Shown here in pieces: positions 61,801 through 64,000 of a stretch of 64,000 nt of DNA. The stretch covers positions 496,001 through 560,000 of the forward strand of contig CDRNVI010000040.1 of assembly GCA_977017575.1 (NCBI GenBank), given 5' to 3'. The DNA is from Paramoeba atlantica (taxonomy: Eukaryota; Protista; Discosea). Each line of letters begins with the position of its first letter. Positions within the stretch are counted from its first letter, which is position 1. Both the position numbers and the translations under genes were made by a program. A model generated the notes under the pieces. It made no database searches. It had not been told where the DNA came from and saw only the letters and a program-made list of their open reading frames with translations.

Positions 61801-64000
61801 ATTTCTCTTTTTTTATCAGATATCTCTCTTTTGAACTTCACCGTTGGCAGTCTAGAAATCAAAGGTGAGCATAAAAATATATGCTTGCTCTTAAAACAAA
61901 CTGACTTCAGTTCATCCTCGCATCAAACTGGGATACTTGAGCCAATTTTGGAAAATTTGGAGCTTTGTTATACAAAGGTAAGTGAGACTCATAGCACATA
62001 CCACAGAGTTGAAGTGGAAAATTGTGAACTAGTGATCAACCCTATCACCTGGCACCGTCTCATGAACTTGCCGGGCCGAATACTAAACCGAAAATTGGTC
62101 TCCTCACAACTCACTCTTGTGAATCATACTAGAGATATCTTTTCTATTGAGCTAGATAGCGCGGAAAAGCGTTGCGAGTCCTTTACTCTGGAAGCTGCTC
62201 AGTTAGTAAACACAACTCTTAGCTCCTCTAGCGATCGAATTTATTTTGCTGTTGAGGGGTCCAAAGATCAGAAACAAGTTATACACGTGCGTCAAAATGG
62301 TTATCAGCTGTACTTCCCGTTTCTCTGCTACATCACGTGGAGTTTAGATCAAATTATGATCCGTTTCATGCATATTTATCTTTATTACTTTCCAATAGAC
62401 GATGCCAAGAAACGCTATAATTCGCTCCATGAACTTGCAGGGCAGAAACCTGCACTCATCAAATGTGAGAATCGCTCTAGTCATTCACTAGTCCTTAACA
62501 AAACGGTTATTCTTGTCCCATCGAATTCTTTTATTACAATACCTCACCAACTAGACAATCAGATTCAACCTTCTCTGCTTCATACGGGAGGTTCCTCAAC
62601 TACCGAAAATGCTTTATGCGAGTCAAAAAGTGTGATTTTTTGCAATAATCTAATAAAAAAGAATGGGAGCGCCACCCTTCGCTTTCACAGGGAAAACACG
62701 AGTGATGTGTTCCTTCTTGCAAATTGGGAGACCAATCGTCATGAGGAGTGCTTCGTTATTTCCCATCTTATTTTCTATGACCCCATTTACATTGTGAATA
62801 GCCTTCCTGTACCATTACGATTGAGCTTGTTGTCACTACAACCGGCTCTTACTTTCATTTCCGAGGAAGGACTTATTGCTTCACATTGCGATGACTCGTG
62901 GGAGAACAAGAACACAGTAGAGATTGTCGTGGAAAGTGGAAAAAAATATAGAATTGATGAAATTCATCCTTCTCAGGAATTGAAGTTACATCTAAAAGTT
63001 GAACAAGTCGAACTTTACGAATTACGCACTCAATGTGCGACAACCCAACTCACCTTGCCGTGCACGAGTTCACAAGCATGCCCTCCTGTTTGTCTGAAAT
63101 TAAAGGATGAAGTAAATGCAAATTGCGGTTATAGGGAACTCTTATTTAGCGCTGATTTCGCTATTCTAAATCATACGAATCTTCCTCTCCAAGTAAGGTT
63201 CCGAACGCACGCTTCGTCATCAAAACATGTGTATATTCTTCATGCACTTTCAACTTGTCCGCAAATATCCGGAATGCGGTATCATGATGATTTACAATGT
63301 TGTGCGTCCATTTTAAATTCCAAAGTTTCCTCATCTTGGTTTCACGTGCAGTCTATGGTGGTCCCAAAAGTAGTTGCTCTTTCGAGTGCTCAGAAGAATT
63401 CAGTTCATGTGACGTGCAGTTTGGAAACCGTCTCAAATTCTCAGACTCGTATTTTGCACATCAGTGCCCCACGCGTTGTGCGTAACTACACTGATTCCGA
63501 TATGACTTTCACCTACACGATGAAGGGGGCAGTAACGGAGAAACGCATTAAGTTTTTCTCTAAGGCGAGCACTCCAGTTTACCACAACTTCGGTGAAAAT
63601 TGTAAAATTAAGTGTAGTTGCGCTTCCTTCAGTGAAGGTCGCGCTTTTTCTTTGGAAGATCAGCATCGAATTTCACGGACCTTGTGCAAAACTCCTTTCT
63701 TTACTCGAACAAATGAAATATTTGGAACAGAAGTTATCAACATTTTACCAATTACGCATTGGAAGACGCTTTGGCTAGTAAACTGGACTAATCAGTCTTT
63801 TAAACTTGGCCATATTTTGCAAGAAACTGTTCTTGGACACGCGTTTTGCTCGGAGACTCTTTCTGTCGGAGAGCAAAGGGTTACCCGTATCGAAATATGT
63901 GATAACATTGCATCATTGGTACTTCATTCTTCTTGCTCCTTGGAGATTCCATTGGAGAAGCCTTTTGCACGAGAATGGGGGTCAGTATCTTCTTTCGAAA
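55801..64000 (+). CDS. VPS13: VPS13-family lipid transfer protein, 3'-partial (>2700 codons)
   Basis: Hand translation from ATG 55801: MLERYVASALASILSDYIQDVSADNLKLSLWAGVAHLHNIWFRRDALDRFGLPFSLQYGYIGEISIQIPWSAIYTQP (chorein-N). The ORF track lists nothing in this frame downstream, consistent with a stop-free frame running off the window; I did not read every codon. Confidence 0.9.
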   Translation, partial: MLERYVASALASILSDYIQDVSADNLKLSLWAGVAHLHNIWFRRDALDRFGLPFSLQYGYIGEISIQIPWSAIYTQPCRIIFNKVSLVLELQQGNDWSQARDLQNIWKMNEECVALLLKRTQKNTGTQSSGVGMVASTLAFVSRLAQAIRENIELQIYDVMVSLKCERSVFGFHIEHVSWLKTSNVCPEGIPVVQTSHGTERVLHLREILSFIGPGPEKTKLFMPDERSFKEDAESYFESLREVAPKYSASAFSDCYLHVGEAHCKSVATLKLNTCRWSFTKSQWKCILKLLAWCNSDPRRELDSFLPIQRPCIESCPRSGWKYAANLIFKGKHVAHKRVFLNAIKEEYEQVYRDHIIGMLKKTNEKLSLPDVITRPKTMRLLERELSLSEVLSSRKTVYKILLREISTQDPRLLSPLNNEVSSTGRKQSWSEWWYGEKVFEQDGATAEEIAEIRHIVDDLNSPNASDGTVDEFSGSLFEIITSEVSVHIESEKNYQLEIEMSELGFTHDIKYNEEISAWRLDLKAFSFEVSNIIWASCVANQDIMYSSEITNPPVQKCVSNSLLSLKSSTSDSRGPHFISVLSSPVHTKYSWCIKNLCCILSPGMFDWANDVLVYCSSHGIERNKHAIRNCLGPKVQRRNSDIDFDGLFQSTRIILCKDRSRNLNKFSHWVTMEMDSISMGKIREINNPEQPRKHVLDLDSSSPNKSLLVCGATVKCLFSEGEVCLLRKFSFTIQYVRAYEMLQDDPRLILTFKDNLSICLKKENLIEIREQIGLWAGHITYDTQKPIPRRAGDHLALLFELSAIEAEMTSHEANYSVLVVKPMVSYSRKRISGSISSLQLLSSKPEIILQSCNDYFKLSDVKCDPAFGNHSQTNLFARSFYMVLAPEVVSFLEELWDVFLLFYSEQTVDITCATIDKGSPSQGGVSSGTLDDENDLAIKIDEMVIDLPHSSTSGSEILNVPLSIKSRKFCTAVKRFPNVNDFQSSLAQLTGEIKVQGIECCTNNDFSAAQFLIKCPLLRCFFGVQHRITEFGVLNDIPTLNLEFGACEFEIADILNTAIIHAVRSEVLIETWNRLISIPSRIFIDNLVSVAVEEDPMQLNISLKEVFINVSSASCNDYVISIRNMQMYSAPFVNFYQTIEKKDAFLECVMDHFLLQWKAKDDPILLFSESGWQWERTCTAVSRNTIQVYLGKVEVGHIDELMEFYETFFHHALCLRKCDQSEEVLNDLFYSTSVDTKSTNLGVESYFHSCWTVDFRVGKTTFLYRTSRFVLADSKHRFTWDKGLSKILNFRHTASDSSLQIGDFVMSTSSHDILCKANFTLRRFKFQSEVQNPSIQWREQPSLRLSADFVFLQMIFYECSSSLWRSFLSFFTAEVDKSNPDEIMRHVKKGHLSCSNLSYLQSETFSKDPFLRFTCCKFCLHFPEIRERGKNKSDLSRSREESNESLVSEFASQNAQNGSVSISGAEALLLGSPILQMHSSGVFNVKLITESLFSFPVRAALLASAYHWCWLSQLPHITLRLNSDQYTTLIGGNFFPCNSFGAPLRNENSFSMHLFQAALMNLNQYSLHFLAISCTMDLGGDSKNSLELQLHDLIASKGIDSVVPLSGQDGEILIRKIVLCTVHGGGGGGEEGVVYASGSPEIQHLLRASSDTGSDDFLESLEINQLSSCASGSSMEADKQSTFPSNCFHLAYSAKQWRLQLHHLEFYLDLNELRHLIHDVTRFMEINPFRTDLTVGLLLENRVTQLSCNAIVSPSQVLLIVEEYLLDYVLDLASHTLEITRDSRTFSSTQAIILPDFTRLRVKNGKIKIPYATSINDFVRLGKHSMLHVDEASVSYEFEETKLPDLNKETNDATFLSPLNGFVEVKINIVFPMCSPKCWSSMLEMQVECSKESLSAVDYTSFSWKMRFSSNKDLSTSTQCVRGSIENNNVILHLPKIRGNLNLENVYATLESMGVSNLRSPEVFNASPSFLDTELVSTIRSWFKNTKKRFQVFVQGLNISLFLSDISLLNFTVGSLEIKGEHKNICLLLKQTDFSSSSHQTGILEPILENLELCYTKVSETHSTYHRVEVENCELVINPITWHRLMNLPGRILNRKLVSSQLTLVNHTRDIFSIELDSAEKRCESFTLEAAQLVNTTLSSSSDRIYFAVEGSKDQKQVIHVRQNGYQLYFPFLCYITWSLDQIMIRFMHIYLYYFPIDDAKKRYNSLHELAGQKPALIKCENRSSHSLVLNKTVILVPSNSFITIPHQLDNQIQPSLLHTGGSSTTENALCESKSVIFCNNLIKKNGSATLRFHRENTSDVFLLANWETNRHEECFVISHLIFYDPIYIVNSLPVPLRLSLLSLQPALTFISEEGLIASHCDDSWENKNTVEIVVESGKKYRIDEIHPSQELKLHLKVEQVELYELRTQCATTQLTLPCTSSQACPPVCLKLKDEVNANCGYRELLFSADFAILNHTNLPLQVRFRTHASSSKHVYILHALSTCPQISGMRYHDDLQCCASILNSKVSSSWFHVQSMVVPKVVALSSAQKNSVHVTCSLETVSNSQTRILHISAPRVVRNYTDSDMTFTYTMKGAVTEKRIKFFSKASTPVYHNFGENCKIKCSCASFSEGRAFSLEDQHRISRTLCKTPFFTRTNEIFGTEVINILPITHWKTLWLVNWTNQSFKLGHILQETVLGHAFCSETLSVGEQRVTRIEICDNIASLVLHSSCSLEIPLEKPFAREWGSVSSFE

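Overview
Eukaryotic, gene-dense window with about 30 apparently intron-free CDSs, all on the + strand, i.e. one kinetoplastid-style polycistronic unit. The content includes REH2-type dsRBD repeats, a PIF1 helicase, an AEP+PriCT-2 primase, PRORP, a TRF-like Myb protein, ORC1/CDC6, TFIIH Tfb2/Tfb4, PEX10, a small LRR protein and a 3'-truncated VPS13 missing from the ORF track. This points to a kinetoplastid; a reduced lineage such as Perkinsela is my inference and needs a BLAST check. Two layers of structure are not explained by the genes. (1) Recurrent 0.4-1.2 kb GC-rich islands read C/A-rich then abruptly G/T-rich. They ignore gene boundaries and flip synonymous codon endings mid-gene (GMD, succinyl-CoA ligase beta, several ORFs at 47-54.4 kb). 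(2) A repeat-rich island at about 19.1-27.9 kb, with outliers at 14.9-15.6, 28.8-29.2 and 32.65-32.78 kb. It holds foldback elements built from tandem subrepeats (two families share spacers but carry the 10-bp core in opposite orientation), hairpin MITEs, a dispersed ~400-bp repeat, decayed ORFs, and a 404-bp Merlin-like element with 24-bp TIRs and an 8-bp TSD. No tRNA, rRNA or CRISPR array could be supported. All family assignments are by motif recognition, not database search.
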